Shown one piece after another: positions 55,409-64,000 of a stretch of 64,000 bases of DNA (position 1 is the stretch's first letter; the number at the start of each line of letters is the position of its first letter). This stretch comes from an uncultured Sphingobacteriaceae bacterium (lineage in GTDB: Bacteria > Bacteroidota > Bacteroidia > Sphingobacteriales > Sphingobacteriaceae): contig CBINHC010000007.1 in assembly GCA_966250385.1 (NCBI GenBank), positions 108,580-172,579 on the forward strand, written 5' to 3'. Both the position numbers and the translations under genes were made by a program. Under the pieces are notes generated by a model that ran no database searches, was not told the origin of the DNA, and saw nothing but the letters and a program-made list of their open reading frames with translations.

Positions 55409-56047
55409 TTAAACTTCACCGTCGGTCCGGGGTCCGATAAAATCACGGACATCGATATAGTCCACTCCCCCGGCCGCGGCATATTGCTGGTCCGTTTCCG
55501 TGGCACCGATGATGACCAGGTCCCTTCTCAGCAGGCGGTGATCCTTGAGAATGATCTCCAGTGACGCCGTCTCGGGTTTCGGGGCCGATTCTTCCGTAAA
55601 GTACATCGTGAAGTATTTTTCGATCCCGTTCCACTCGATCTGCCGGATCTTGTTCAGCTGCTGCGTGCGGTCTCCGCCGGTCACCAGGAACAGCTTCTTG
55701 CGATCCACCACGATCTCCTGCAGGAAAGACAGGATCTCCCGGTACAACAGCAGCTTCAGCGGAAGCTTGGCCGTCTGCATAAGCTGTTCGAAGTTACTGC
55801 GGTATTTTTCGTCAAGGCCGAAAGCGTCTTTTGCCCGGTCGAAAACCTGCTCCGGCCCGTGGTGCACATACACGGTCTTCATGAATTCCGTGAGGTCATT
55901 TCCGGACGGCGTTGTTTCCAGGTATTCGATGATATGAGCGAACAGGTAGTATACCTGCAGCTGGTAATCGCGCTCCGGATACAGCACGTTATCGAGCTCA
56001 AAAATGAAAGCTTTCTTCTTCGGATCAATCTGATTGTAGGTCAGCAT
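55409..56047 (-). CDS. HAD superfamily hydrolase-like protein (motif I reads ELDNV rather than DxDxT/V)
   Basis: 212 aa. AFIFELDNVLY at the motif I position, LFLVTGG (motif II-like), KPE (motif III Lys) and IGATETD (motif IV-like). The start overlaps the upstream stop (TGATG). Confidence 0.62.
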   Translation of the reverse strand: MLTYNQIDPKKKAFIFELDNVLYPERDYQLQVYYLFAHIIEYLETTPSGNDLTEFMKTVYVHHGPEQVFDRAKDAFGLDEKYRSNFEQLMQTAKLPLKLLLYREILSFLQEIVVDRKKLFLVTGGDRTQQLNKIRQIEWNGIEKYFTMYFTEESAPKPETASLEIILKDHRLLRRDLVIIGATETDQQYAAAGGVDYIDVRDFIGPRTDGEV

Positions 56048-56523
56048 CAGGTTATGGCAAAAAGTGTAGCGGATCCGGGATTCTCGTTATCGAATGAAAA
56101 GATGCCGGAATCGGATGGAAAATGAAGGAGTTCCATGAACTGCCCCCCGATGATCAGTCCGTCTGACAGTATGATACAGTCATTTTTTGAACCGGCATCC
56201 GTCGGCATACCGGCCAGTTGTTCCGGATCCGGAACGATCAGCCGGATCCCGTACTCGCTGAACAGCACCTTGGCTTCCGCCAGCGGCTGCAGTTCGTCCT
56301 TCCGCAGGGGAAATACGATATCCACATGGTTATCCAGGCACAGCTTGAGCAGCTGGTGGGCAAACGATGAAGAGCTGCCCTCCGGAATCTGCAGGAACCG
56401 GGTCTCTTTAAATATCAACTGGGGAAGATCCAGGTGATCAGCGAAGATCACCTGATCGAAATCAAGCAGTCTTCGGATCCTGAAGGCTGCCGCTGAGGCA
56501 GCTCCGGTAATTAATGCAACCAT
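56047..56523 (-). CDS. Hypothetical protein, resembles a stand-alone pre-ATP-grasp (Rossmann-like) N-terminal domain
   Basis: 158 aa. MVALITGAASAAAFRIRRLL...VIFAD...FLQIP...FAHQLLKLCLDNHVDIVFPLRKDEL.PLAEAKVLFSEYGIRLIVP follows the N-terminal pattern of ATP-grasp ligases but stops before any ATP-grasp core. Tightly packed between lolD and the HAD-like gene. Confidence 0.5.
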   Translation of the reverse strand: MVALITGAASAAAFRIRRLLDFDQVIFADHLDLPQLIFKETRFLQIPEGSSSSFAHQLLKLCLDNHVDIVFPLRKDELQPLAEAKVLFSEYGIRLIVPDPEQLAGMPTDAGSKNDCIILSDGLIIGGQFMELLHFPSDSGIFSFDNENPGSATLFAIT

Positions 56524-56524
56524 T

Positions 56525-57181
56525 TTATTCTGAAATTATCCGGCCGTCCTTCATATGGATTTTCCGGTCCGCCATGGTGGCTAGTTCTTCGTTGTGTGTA
56601 ACAATAACAAATGTCTGTCCGAATTTGTCGCGCAGGTCCAGGAAAAGCTTATGCAGGCTCTCGGCATTCCCGGAGTCCAGGTTGCCGGAGGGTTCGTCTG
56701 CCAGGATAATCGCCGGCCGGTTCATCAGGGCCCGGGCTACGGCAACCCGTTGCTGCTCGCCGCCCGAAAGCTCATTCGGCTTATGACCGGCCCGGTGCGA
56801 AAGCCCCAGCAGATCCAGGAGTTCGGCGGCCCGCTGCTCAACCTCTTTTTTCGGTTTTCTCGCAATGTACCCGGGGATACAGACATTTTCGAGCGCCGTA
56901 AACTCCGGCAGCAAATGGTGGAACTGGAAAATGAAGCCGATATGCTCATTCCGGAAAGAACTGAGACGCTTCTGGTTAAGGGAGTGAACGTCCGTATTAT
57001 TCAGCTTTACCTCCCCTGCATCCGGCTTGTCGAGTGTTCCGATAATGTGCAGCAGGGTACTTTTACCCGCTCCGGATGCACCGACGATGGCGATGATCTC
57101 GCCCGCCTTCACCTCCAGGTCGACTCCTTTCAGGATCTGCAGCTTACCATAGGTCTTGGTCAGATTCTTTGCCTCTAGCAT
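56525..57181 (-). CDS. lolD: ABC transporter ATP-binding protein, LolD/FtsE-like
   Basis: Start at [12 protein letters not shown] (ATG 57181). Walker [11 protein letters not shown]-loop, signature LSGGEQQR and Walker [13 protein letters not shown]. Confidence 0.9.
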   Translation of the reverse strand: MLEAKNLTKTYGKLQILKGVDLEVKAGEIIAIVGASGAGKSTLLHIIGTLDKPDAGEVKLNNTDVHSLNQKRLSSFRNEHIGFIFQFHHLLPEFTALENVCIPGYIARKPKKEVEQRAAELLDLLGLSHRAGHKPNELSGGEQQRVAVARALMNRPAIILADEPSGNLDSGNAESLHKLFLDLRDKFGQTFVIVTHNEELATMADRKIHMKDGRIISE

Positions 57182-57396
57182 GTGGCTAAGATAGAAATTG
57201 ACTGTGTAATGTGCGAATATTCCCCAGCTCAAACTCAGAAACAACTGGCATCCTGCCCTTTGAAATCCGGCAGGGTTCACCGGCGGCAATGCCAGACGGA
57301 TGCGGTTGCCGCGGACTCACAGCCGGTGCCGCACGAAAATTAAAGTTTCAGAAATTGGTTCAAAGTAGTAGTTTTACGCCGGTTAAAACATAAGCA

Positions 57397-58590
57397 ATGA
57401 ATATTCACGAATATCAAGGGAAAGCCATATTAAAAAGCTTCGGAGTACGGGTACAAGAAGGCATTGTTGCCGACACTCCTGAAGAAGCCGTCGAAGCTGC
57501 TAAAAAATTAAAGGAAGACTTCAACTCGGACTGGGTTGTCGTTAAAGCTCAGATTCATGCAGGCGGACGCGGAAAGGGCGGCGGTGTTAAACTTGCCAAA
57601 AATCTTGATGAGGTCCGCGAGAAAGCCGGCCAGATCATCGGAATGCAGCTGATCACCCCGCAGACCGGACCCGAAGGTAAGAAGGTGAACAAGGTGCTGG
57701 TTGCGCAGGATGTTTACTATCCCGGAGAAAGTGAGACCAAAGAGTTTTACATGAGCGTTTTACTGGACCGTGCAAAAGGCCGTAATATCGTTATGTATTC
57801 CACCGAAGGCGGAATGGACATCGAAGAAGTGGCTGAGAAAACTCCTCACCTGATCTTCAAGGAAGAGATCGATCCCAAAGTAGGCCTGAGATCTTTCCAG
57901 GCAAGCAAGATCGCCTTCAACCTGGGCCTGAGCGGTGCGGCTTATAAAGAAATGACCAAATTCGTTGCCGCGCTTTACAAAGCATACGAAGGCACGGATT
58001 CATCCATGTTCGAGATCAACCCGGTCCTGAAAACCTCCGACAACAAGATCCTGGCGGTTGATGCCAAGGTAAACCTGGACGACAACGGTCTGTTCCGTCA
58101 TCCGGATTACGCAGCGTTACGTGATACGACAGAGGAAGATCCGATGGAGGTTGAAGCGAGCGAATCGAACCTGAACTATGTAAAGCTGGATGGAAACGTC
58201 GGCTGTATGGTAAATGGTGCCGGTCTTGCGATGGCTACCATGGACATCATCAAACTTGCCGGCGGAGATCCGGCTAACTTCCTGGATGTGGGCGGAACAG
58301 CCAATGCGCAGACTGTCAAGGCCGCATTCAACATCATCCTGAAAGATCCGAACGTAAAAGCGATCCTGATCAATATCTTTGGCGGAATCGTTCGTTGCGA
58401 CCGTGTTGCCCAGGGAGTTATTGACGCCTACAATGAAATCGGAAATATTCCGGTGCCTATCATCGTGCGTCTGCAGGGTACCAATGCTGAAGAAGCCAAG
58501 AAACTGATTGATGAATCAGGACTTAAAGTCTACTCTGCCATCCTGCTGAAGGAAGCGGCAGATCTGGTAAAAAAGGTCCTTTCAGAATAA
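57397..58590 (+). CDS. sucC: Succinate--CoA ligase (ADP-forming) subunit beta
   Basis: MNIHEYQGKAILKSFGV..., ATP-grasp N-domain and CoA-ligase C-domain (GCMVNGAGLAMATMD, NIFGGIVRCD). 397 aa. Confidence 0.96.
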   Translation: MNIHEYQGKAILKSFGVRVQEGIVADTPEEAVEAAKKLKEDFNSDWVVVKAQIHAGGRGKGGGVKLAKNLDEVREKAGQIIGMQLITPQTGPEGKKVNKVLVAQDVYYPGESETKEFYMSVLLDRAKGRNIVMYSTEGGMDIEEVAEKTPHLIFKEEIDPKVGLRSFQASKIAFNLGLSGAAYKEMTKFVAALYKAYEGTDSSMFEINPVLKTSDNKILAVDAKVNLDDNGLFRHPDYAALRDTTEEDPMEVEASESNLNYVKLDGNVGCMVNGAGLAMATMDIIKLAGGDPANFLDVGGTANAQTVKAAFNIILKDPNVKAILINIFGGIVRCDRVAQGVIDAYNEIGNIPVPIIVRLQGTNAEEAKKLIDESGLKVYSAILLKEAADLVKKVLSE

Positions 58591-58604
58591 GCAGCATGCA
58601 TATT

Positions 58605-58644
58605 AACAACAAAAGCCATCTTCTCAGATGGCTTTTGTTGTTTT
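58605..58644. terminator. Bidirectional hairpin terminator between sucC and yciI-like gene
   Basis: Perfect 17-nt arms AACAACAAAAGCCATCT (58605-58621) / AGATGGCTTTTGTTGTT (58626-58642), loop TCTC, T-rich after the stem. Confidence 0.85.
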
Positions 58645-58933
58645 ACACCGTCGCGACGCGCAACGGCCGGATATCGATCTTCTCCCAGACCTTCCCGGTA
58701 ACGTATGGCTCCTGCTCCTTCCATTGCAAAAGCTCCGTCTCAGTTTCAAACTGGAGGATCAGGTTCGATCCGATCATCCGGTCCTCATTGTCGAGGATCG
58801 CTCCGGCAAACAGGAAGTTCCCCTGCGCCTTCAATTCCCTGACGCCCTGAAGATGTGCTTCTCTCGCCTCCAGACGGCGGCCCGGCGCCCCCGCATCGGT
58901 ATAGTCGAGGGCGAATATGGTATACTGCTTCAT
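58643..58933 (-). CDS. YciI family protein
   Basis: 96 aa. The pattern ...R.AHL......K..G.....GA..D........+++.....E...W...DPY......+..+.I.P fits YciI-like proteins. Confidence 0.78.
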   Translation of the reverse strand: MKQYTIFALDYTDAGAPGRRLEAREAHLQGVRELKAQGNFLFAGAILDNEDRMIGSNLILQFETETELLQWKEQEPYVTGKVWEKIDIRPLRVATV

Positions 58934-59002
58934 TTATTTATGTCGTATAGATCAAAAAACTCAAAAAAAAGACCCGGTAACCGGGCCCTGTGTTCATTCA
59001 GC

Positions 59003-59818
59003 TTAAATAACAGCCTGCCGCAGGCGGATCAGTTTCACCATCAGGTCCTCCAGGAAATCCAGGTGCAGCATATTCGCGCCGTCAGATTTCGCATTCGAAG
59101 GATCGGGATGCGTCTCAATGAATAACCCGTCCGCCCCGACGGCAATAGCGGCCTTGGCAATCGTACCGATCAGTTCCGGTTTACCGCCGGTCACGCCGGA
59201 AGTCTGGTTAGGCTGCTGCAGCGAATGCGTGCAGTCCATGACCACCGGTACGCCGAAACTCTTCATTTCCGGGATGCCCCGGTAATCGACAATCAGGTCC
59301 TGGTAACCGAACGTATTTCCCCGATCGGTCAGGATCACGTTCGGGTTGTCCGAGTCCTTCACCTTATCGACCGCGAACTTCATGGATCCGGCGGAAAGGA
59401 ACTGTCCCTTCTTGATATTGATCGTCTTACCGGTTTTCGCAGCGGCAACCAGCAGGTCGGTCTGCCGGCATAGAAAAGCCGGAATCTGCAGGACATCCAC
59501 ATAGGCTGCAGCCATGGCCGCCTCTTCGCTCTCATGAATGTCGGTAACGGTCGGAACCCCGAATTCCCGGCTGACCTTCTGCAGGATCTTCAGCGCCTTT
59601 TCATCGCCTATACCGGTGAAGGAGTCGATCCGGGAACGGTTCGCCTTCCGGTAGGAGCCTTTAAAGATCAGGGGGATCTGCAGCTTATCGGTTATGGTAA
59701 CGATACGCTCGGCGATCCGCAGCGCGATTTCTTCGCCTTCAATGGCACATGGGCCTGCCATCAGGAAAAAGTTTCCGCTGGCGGTATTTTTTAACTGGGG
59801 GATATTCTCTAAAATCAT
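59003..59818 (-). CDS. kdsA: 3-deoxy-8-phosphooctulonate (KDO8P) synthase
   Basis: 271 aa. LMAGPCAIE, FKGSYRKANRS, QIPAFLCRQTDL and DCTHSLQQP, typical of KdsA. The start overlaps the recQ stop (TAATG). Confidence 0.93.
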   Translation of the reverse strand: MILENIPQLKNTASGNFFLMAGPCAIEGEEIALRIAERIVTITDKLQIPLIFKGSYRKANRSRIDSFTGIGDEKALKILQKVSREFGVPTVTDIHESEEAAMAAAYVDVLQIPAFLCRQTDLLVAAAKTGKTINIKKGQFLSAGSMKFAVDKVKDSDNPNVILTDRGNTFGYQDLIVDYRGIPEMKSFGVPVVMDCTHSLQQPNQTSGVTGGKPELIGTIAKAAIAVGADGLFIETHPDPSNAKSDGANMLHLDFLEDLMVKLIRLRQAVI

Positions 59819-62007
59819 TAATTGCCTAATTCTGATAAAAACTTAATCCGCATCAACTGAATTTCTTCGCGGGTATAATCATCGTCGCCCAGTTCCTTCA
59901 GGGCAGCGTCGATCGAATCGACTTCCGCCGACCGGAAGTAGTCGAATACTTCATCCTGACGGTCCTCATCAAGTACTTCGTCGATGTAATAGCCCAGGTT
60001 CAGCTTGGTTCCGGAACTGACGATCGTTTCCACCTCGCGGAGGATCTCTTCATATGACAGTCCTTTGGAAGCCGCAATGTCCTCCAGCGCGATCTGCCGG
60101 TCAATATTCTGAATGATCGACACTTTAAGAGCCGACTTGTTCGCAGCACTCTTTACGACCAGGTCCACCGGCCGGTCGATATCATTTTCTTCGACGTACT
60201 TCCTGATAAGCTCCACGAACGGACTGCCGAATTTCAGGGCTTTCCCGGCGCCGACCCCATGGATCTGTTTAAGCTCTTCCAGGCTGACCGGATAGTGCGT
60301 GCACATTTCCTCCAGGGAGGGATCCTGGAAGATCACGAACGGCGGCAGGCTCTTCTGTTTGGCGATCTTCTTCCGGAGATCCTTCAGCATCTGAAGCAAC
60401 TCCGTATCCAGTGCGCCTCCGGCGGCCTGACCGTGATCGTCGCCCTCATCCTCCGTTGTTTCCATCGGGTTGTTGAGGATGAATTTAATGGTGTGGGGAT
60501 TGCTGATGAACTGCCGGCCCAGTTTGGTGATCTTCAGCAATCCATAGGCGTCAATATCCTTCTGCAGGAAATTCCCCAGGACGGCCTGCCGCATCAGCGA
60601 CTGCCAGTAGACCTCTCCCTGCTCCTTCCCGCTCCCGAACACCGGAAGCTTGTTATGCTGATATGCGGAAATCTGGGCATTATCCATACCGAGCATAATC
60701 CGGATGATATGCTGGTCGTCAAACTTCTCGCCGAGCTCCTCAACCAGTCTGAGCGCACTGGCCAGAGACTCCTCAGCCTCGAAATATTTCTTTTGATTCC
60801 GGCAGTTGTCGCACATGTTGTTACAGCCGGTCTCGTTGAAGTTTTCGCCGAAATAATGCAGGATCTGTTTTCTGCGGCAAACCGAAGATTCGGCGTAGTC
60901 GATCACTTCCTTCAGGATCTGGGTTCCGATCTCGCGTTCGGAGACCGGCTTATCCTTCATGAACTTGGCCAGTTTTTCCACGTCTTTCTCCGAATAGAAA
61001 GCGACGCAGATCCCTTCTCCGCCATCCCGGCCTGCCCGACCGGTTTCCTGGTAGTAGCCTTCCATGCTTTTAGGAATATCATGGTGGATCACATACCGGA
61101 CATCCGGTTTATCGATACCCATTCCGAACGCAATGGTAGCCACGATCACGTCGACCTCTTCCATCAGGAATTTGTCCTGCGTTTCGGCCCGGGTCTTGGG
61201 ATCCAGTCCCGCATGATAAGGCAGGGCCTTCACGCCGTTCAGATTGAGCGCTTCGGCCACTTCTTCGACCTTCTTGCGGCTGAGGCAGTAAATCACGCCG
61301 GATTTACCGGAGTTCATTTTGACGTATTTGACGATCTCCTTCAGCACATTACGCTTGGCACGTACCTCATAGAACAGGTTGGCGCGATTGAAGGAGGACT
61401 TGAACACGGCCGCATTGTTCATCTGGAGATTCTTCTGAATGTCCAGCTGGACTTTCGGGGTCGCCGTAGCGGTCAGTGCGATGATGGGAATATTTTCTCC
61501 GAGGTTATTGATCACCTGACGGATCTTCCGGTATTCCGGACGGAAATCGTGTCCCCATTCCGAAATACAGTGGGCTTCGTCAACGGCTACGAACGATACC
61601 ATGACCGATCGCAGGAAATCAATATTATCCGTTTTGGTGAGAGACTCCGGGGCGACGTAGAGCAGCTTGGTATGTCCGCCGAGGACATCCTGTTTTACCC
61701 GGGCTATATCACTCTTGGTGAGTGACGAATTCAGGAAATGGGCGATGGTATCATTTCCGCCGAAAGCCCGGAGCTGGTCGACCTGATTCTTCATCAGGGC
61801 TATCAGCGGCGAGATCACGATGGCGGTTCCTTCACTCATCAGGGCGGGCAGCTGGTAGCAGATGGATTTGCCGCCCCCCGTTGGCATGATTACAAAAGTG
61901 TCTTTCTTTTGCAGGATGCTGTTAATAATGGCTTCCTGGTCCCCTTTAAACTTATCAAAGCCAAAAAAATTTTGTAGATTATCAAATAACGACTTTTTTA
62001 CTTCCAT
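59818..62007 (-). CDS. recQ: ATP-dependent DNA helicase RecQ
   Basis: 729 aa. Motif I MPTGGGKS, DEAH box VDEAHCISEWGHDFRPEY, Zn-binding CRRK...C..CDNC and a C-terminal HRDC region. Confidence 0.95.
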   Translation of the reverse strand: MEVKKSLFDNLQNFFGFDKFKGDQEAIINSILQKKDTFVIMPTGGGKSICYQLPALMSEGTAIVISPLIALMKNQVDQLRAFGGNDTIAHFLNSSLTKSDIARVKQDVLGGHTKLLYVAPESLTKTDNIDFLRSVMVSFVAVDEAHCISEWGHDFRPEYRKIRQVINNLGENIPIIALTATATPKVQLDIQKNLQMNNAAVFKSSFNRANLFYEVRAKRNVLKEIVKYVKMNSGKSGVIYCLSRKKVEEVAEALNLNGVKALPYHAGLDPKTRAETQDKFLMEEVDVIVATIAFGMGIDKPDVRYVIHHDIPKSMEGYYQETGRAGRDGGEGICVAFYSEKDVEKLAKFMKDKPVSEREIGTQILKEVIDYAESSVCRRKQILHYFGENFNETGCNNMCDNCRNQKKYFEAEESLASALRLVEELGEKFDDQHIIRIMLGMDNAQISAYQHNKLPVFGSGKEQGEVYWQSLMRQAVLGNFLQKDIDAYGLLKITKLGRQFISNPHTIKFILNNPMETTEDEGDDHGQAAGGALDTELLQMLKDLRKKIAKQKSLPPFVIFQDPSLEEMCTHYPVSLEELKQIHGVGAGKALKFGSPFVELIRKYVEENDIDRPVDLVVKSAANKSALKVSIIQNIDRQIALEDIAASKGLSYEEILREVETIVSSGTKLNLGYYIDEVLDEDRQDEVFDYFRSAEVDSIDAALKELGDDDYTREEIQLMRIKFLSELGN

Positions 62008-62068
62008 TGTATTTTTCCACGTCTTTCGGAATTTTTTAGAAAGGCAGGAATTAACCTCAAAAATAATA

Positions 62069-62076
62069 TAATTTTG
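62069..62076 (+). promoter_or_regulatory. Candidate -7 box (TAnnTTTG) for kdsD
   Basis: TAATTTTG, 35 nt upstream of the TTG start at 62111. Confidence 0.3.
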
Positions 62077-62110
62077 CCCTTAACCCGTCCTGATTATTAA
62101 ATATTACCAT

Positions 62111-63076
62111 TTGAAGACCAAATCCGAGATACATCAAACAGCGATCAAAACGCTGAAGTTAGAAGCTGAAGCAATTCTGAGCCTTTCCAGTCGAATAAAC
62201 GAAGATTTTACTTTAATAGTACAGAAGATACTGGAACTGAAGGGCCGCGTAATCATCACCGGGATCGGCAAGAGTGCCATTATCGCGCAAAAGATCGTGG
62301 CAACCTTTAATTCGACCGGAACTCCGGCTATCTTTATGCATGCTGCGGACGCCGTTCACGGGGACCTGGGCATGATCCAGTCGGACGATCTGGTGATCTG
62401 CATCTCGAAGAGCGGAAACTCGCCCGAGATCAAGGTGCTGACGCCCCTGCTGAAAAGCGCCGGGAATATCCTGGTGGGCATGGTAGGCGATCTGGGCTCT
62501 TTCCTTGCACGCGAAGCGGACCTGATCCTGGACACGACCGTGGACAAAGAAGCCTGTCCGAACAACCTGGCCCCGACGACCAGTACGACCGCTCAGCTGG
62601 CCATCGGCGATGCGCTGGCGGTCTGCCTGCTGGAATGCCGGGAATTCACCAGCCGGGATTTCGCCAAGTATCATCCCGGGGGATCCCTGGGCAAACGGCT
62701 GTACCTGAAAGTGGGCGATCTGGCCAACCATAACGAGAAACCCCAGGTGTCTGCCGGTACGTCGGTCAGCGATGTCCTGGTGGAGATCACCAAGAATCGC
62801 CTGGGAGCTGTAGCCGTGATCGAAAACGGAAAAATTGCCGGCGTGATCACTGACGGCGACATCCGGCGGATGATGGAGGTTCACCCGAGCATTCACGGCC
62901 TGACCGCCGCGGATATTATGGGCAGATCCCCTAAGACGATCAATAAAGAAGAACTTGCTGTCAATGCACTCGATATCATGCGGGGAAATAACATCACCCA
63001 GCTGCTGGTGACCTCAGGCGACCGGTATGACGGGATTGTCCACCTGCACGATCTGTTGAAAGAAGGCATTATATAA
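62111..63076 (+). CDS. kdsD: Arabinose-5-phosphate isomerase (KpsF/GutQ/KdsD family; SIS + tandem CBS)
   Basis: SIS motif VIITGIGKSAIIAQKIVATFNSTGTPA and HGDLGM. Two CBS domains at the C-terminus. TTG start as given by the track, with no in-frame ATG nearby. Confidence 0.9.
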   Translation: MKTKSEIHQTAIKTLKLEAEAILSLSSRINEDFTLIVQKILELKGRVIITGIGKSAIIAQKIVATFNSTGTPAIFMHAADAVHGDLGMIQSDDLVICISKSGNSPEIKVLTPLLKSAGNILVGMVGDLGSFLAREADLILDTTVDKEACPNNLAPTTSTTAQLAIGDALAVCLLECREFTSRDFAKYHPGGSLGKRLYLKVGDLANHNEKPQVSAGTSVSDVLVEITKNRLGAVAVIENGKIAGVITDGDIRRMMEVHPSIHGLTAADIMGRSPKTINKEELAVNALDIMRGNNITQLLVTSGDRYDGIVHLHDLLKEGII

Positions 63077-63086
63077 AAAAAACCTC

Positions 63087-64000
63087 ATGAAGAATTTTTA
63101 CGCCCTCATCATGGCAGGCGGCATAGGTAGCCGTTTCTGGCCGAAAAGCCGGACTGCCTGCCCCAAGCAGTTCCTGGACATCCTGGGAACCGGGAAGACG
63201 CTGATCCAGCAAACCTATGACCGGTTCAGCAAGATTCTTCCGAAAGAAAATATCTTTATTGTAACCAACGACAGTTACCGGGGACTGGTCAGCGAGCAGC
63301 TTCCGTCCATCTCCGATAACCAGATCCTGGGCGAGCCGGTGATGCGGAACACCGCTCCCTGTATCGCCTACGGCTGCAATAAGATCTATGAGCTTGACCC
63401 TGACGCTTCGATCGTGGTCGCCCCGTCCGATCACCTCATCCTGGACGAGCAGGCCTTTATTGAAGCAATCCGGAAATCGCTGGATACCGCATTAAAACAT
63501 GACTGCCTGATCACCCTGGGCATCAAACCTTCCCGCCCGGATACCGGGTACGGTTATATCCAGTTCAATACCACGGTCATGGAGGAAGAGTTCCATAAGG
63601 TCAAGACATTCACCGAAAAACCGAATGCTGAGCTGGCCAATACCTTTGTTCAGAGCGGCGAATTCCTCTGGAATGCGGGCATTTTTGTCTGGTCCGCCAG
63701 GAACATCCTGAAGGCTTTCGAACAATATCTTCCGGAAATGAGCGAGACCTTCAAGGAGGGTCACAATAGCTATAATACGGATTCGGAACGCACCTTCATC
63801 CAGAATGCCTACTACCAGTGCACCAATATTTCCATCGATTACGGAATTATGGAAAAGGCGGACAACGTATACGTGCTGCCTTCAGATTTCGGATGGTCGG
63901 ACCTGGGAACCTGGGCCTCGGTCTACGATCTCGCAGACAAGGACTATGTCGGAAACGTCGTGATCCCTTCGGAAAGCGTGATCATGTACGACTCTTCCAA
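63087..64000 (+). CDS. manC: Mannose-1-phosphate guanylyltransferase (3'-truncated by window end; absent from ORF track)
   Basis: My own translation from ATG 63087 is open to the window end: MKNFYALIMAGGIGSRFWPKSRTACPKQFLDILG...APSDHLI...GIKPSRPDTGYGYIQ...FTEKPN...SGEFLWNAGIFVW...DFGWSDLGTW. This is the canonical nucleotidyltransferase G-x-G-x-R-F-W-P signature. Confidence 0.88.
   Translation, partial: MKNFYALIMAGGIGSRFWPKSRTACPKQFLDILGTGKTLIQQTYDRFSKILPKENIFIVTNDSYRGLVSEQLPSISDNQILGEPVMRNTAPCIAYGCNKIYELDPDASIVVAPSDHLILDEQAFIEAIRKSLDTALKHDCLITLGIKPSRPDTGYGYIQFNTTVMEEEFHKVKTFTEKPNAELANTFVQSGEFLWNAGIFVWSARNILKAFEQYLPEMSETFKEGHNSYNTDSERTFIQNAYYQCTNISIDYGIMEKADNVYVLPSDFGWSDLGTWASVYDLADKDYVGNVVIPSESVIMYDSS

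Noticed and set aside
57182-57289. 36-aa N-terminal extension of lolD, and the 60-aa + ORF 57211-57393
   Set aside because: ABC ATPases of this type begin a few residues before the ...L.KTYG strand, which here is [12 protein letters not shown] at 57181. The extension merely reads through the GC-rich structured island, and the + ORF is Gly/Ala/Arg/Pro-rich with a GTG start. Neither looks coding.
60259-61725. 488-aa + strand ORF, the longest unannotated ORF in the window, antisense to recQ
   Set aside because: It is exactly in codon register with recQ on the opposite strand: 62007-60261 = 1746, which is divisible by 3. In that register an antisense stop needs a sense TTA, CTA or TCA codon, and these are rare in this genome's GC-richer genes. 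The predicted protein is low-complexity (L/F/Q/H/D-rich) with no motif. This is a classic shadow ORF.
1-64000. CRISPR arrays, tRNA/rRNA genes, transposases, integrases, prophage or toxin-antitoxin/defence cassettes
   Set aside because: I scanned every intergenic region over 50 bp. No spaced direct-repeat arrays, tRNA T-loops or rRNA-like stretches were seen, and no ORF carries DDE, tyrosine/serine recombinase or typical defence-system motifs. By eye the window is a core-genome segment. A dedicated tRNAscan, CRISPR finder or defence-finder run could still overturn this.

Overview
This 64-kb segment reads as a core chromosomal region of a Bacteroidota genome. Evidence: a SusC/SusD pair, several CarboxypepD_reg-type TonB-dependent receptors, many lipoprotein signal peptides, TAnnTTTG-like -7 boxes, and roughly 45-60% GC depending on the gene. 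I support 49 protein-coding genes, about 90% coding. One is a 3'-truncated gene at the right edge that is missing from the ORF track (mannose-1-phosphate guanylyltransferase, 63087 to the window end). Most of the content is housekeeping: argS, alaS, gatB, smc, recQ, sucC, lpd, kdsA, kdsD, PBP1A and lolD. It is interleaved with envelope and nutrient-uptake genes (SusCD, two tandem Oar-like TonB-dependent receptors, two tandem S41 peptidases, an M28 peptidase) and small-molecule metabolism (GH1 beta-glucosidase, a transaminase/omega-amidase pair, an arginine deiminase-CtlX-arginine decarboxylase cluster, hbd, a crotonase). I found ten rho-independent-type hairpins, mostly between convergent genes. 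I saw no rRNA, tRNA, CRISPR array, transposase, integrase or prophage genes, and no obvious defence island. Nothing here is a clear-cut new system. The best leads, in order: (1) a 1059-aa secreted protein fusing an HExxH peptidase-like domain, PD40 repeats and an Omp85-like C-terminal barrel, next to PBP1A; (2) a divergent pair of a degenerate GIY-YIG protein and an XRE-HTH/S24 (non-canonical LexA-like) repressor, with palindromes in the shared promoter; (3) an arginine-catabolic cluster lacking OTC and carbamate kinase, divergent from argS; (4) a GC-rich, highly self-complementary ~95-nt island in the AT-rich lolD/sucC divergent region; (5) a 42-bp near-perfect palindrome between susC and hbd. 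All functional calls come from motifs read by eye. No database search was run.
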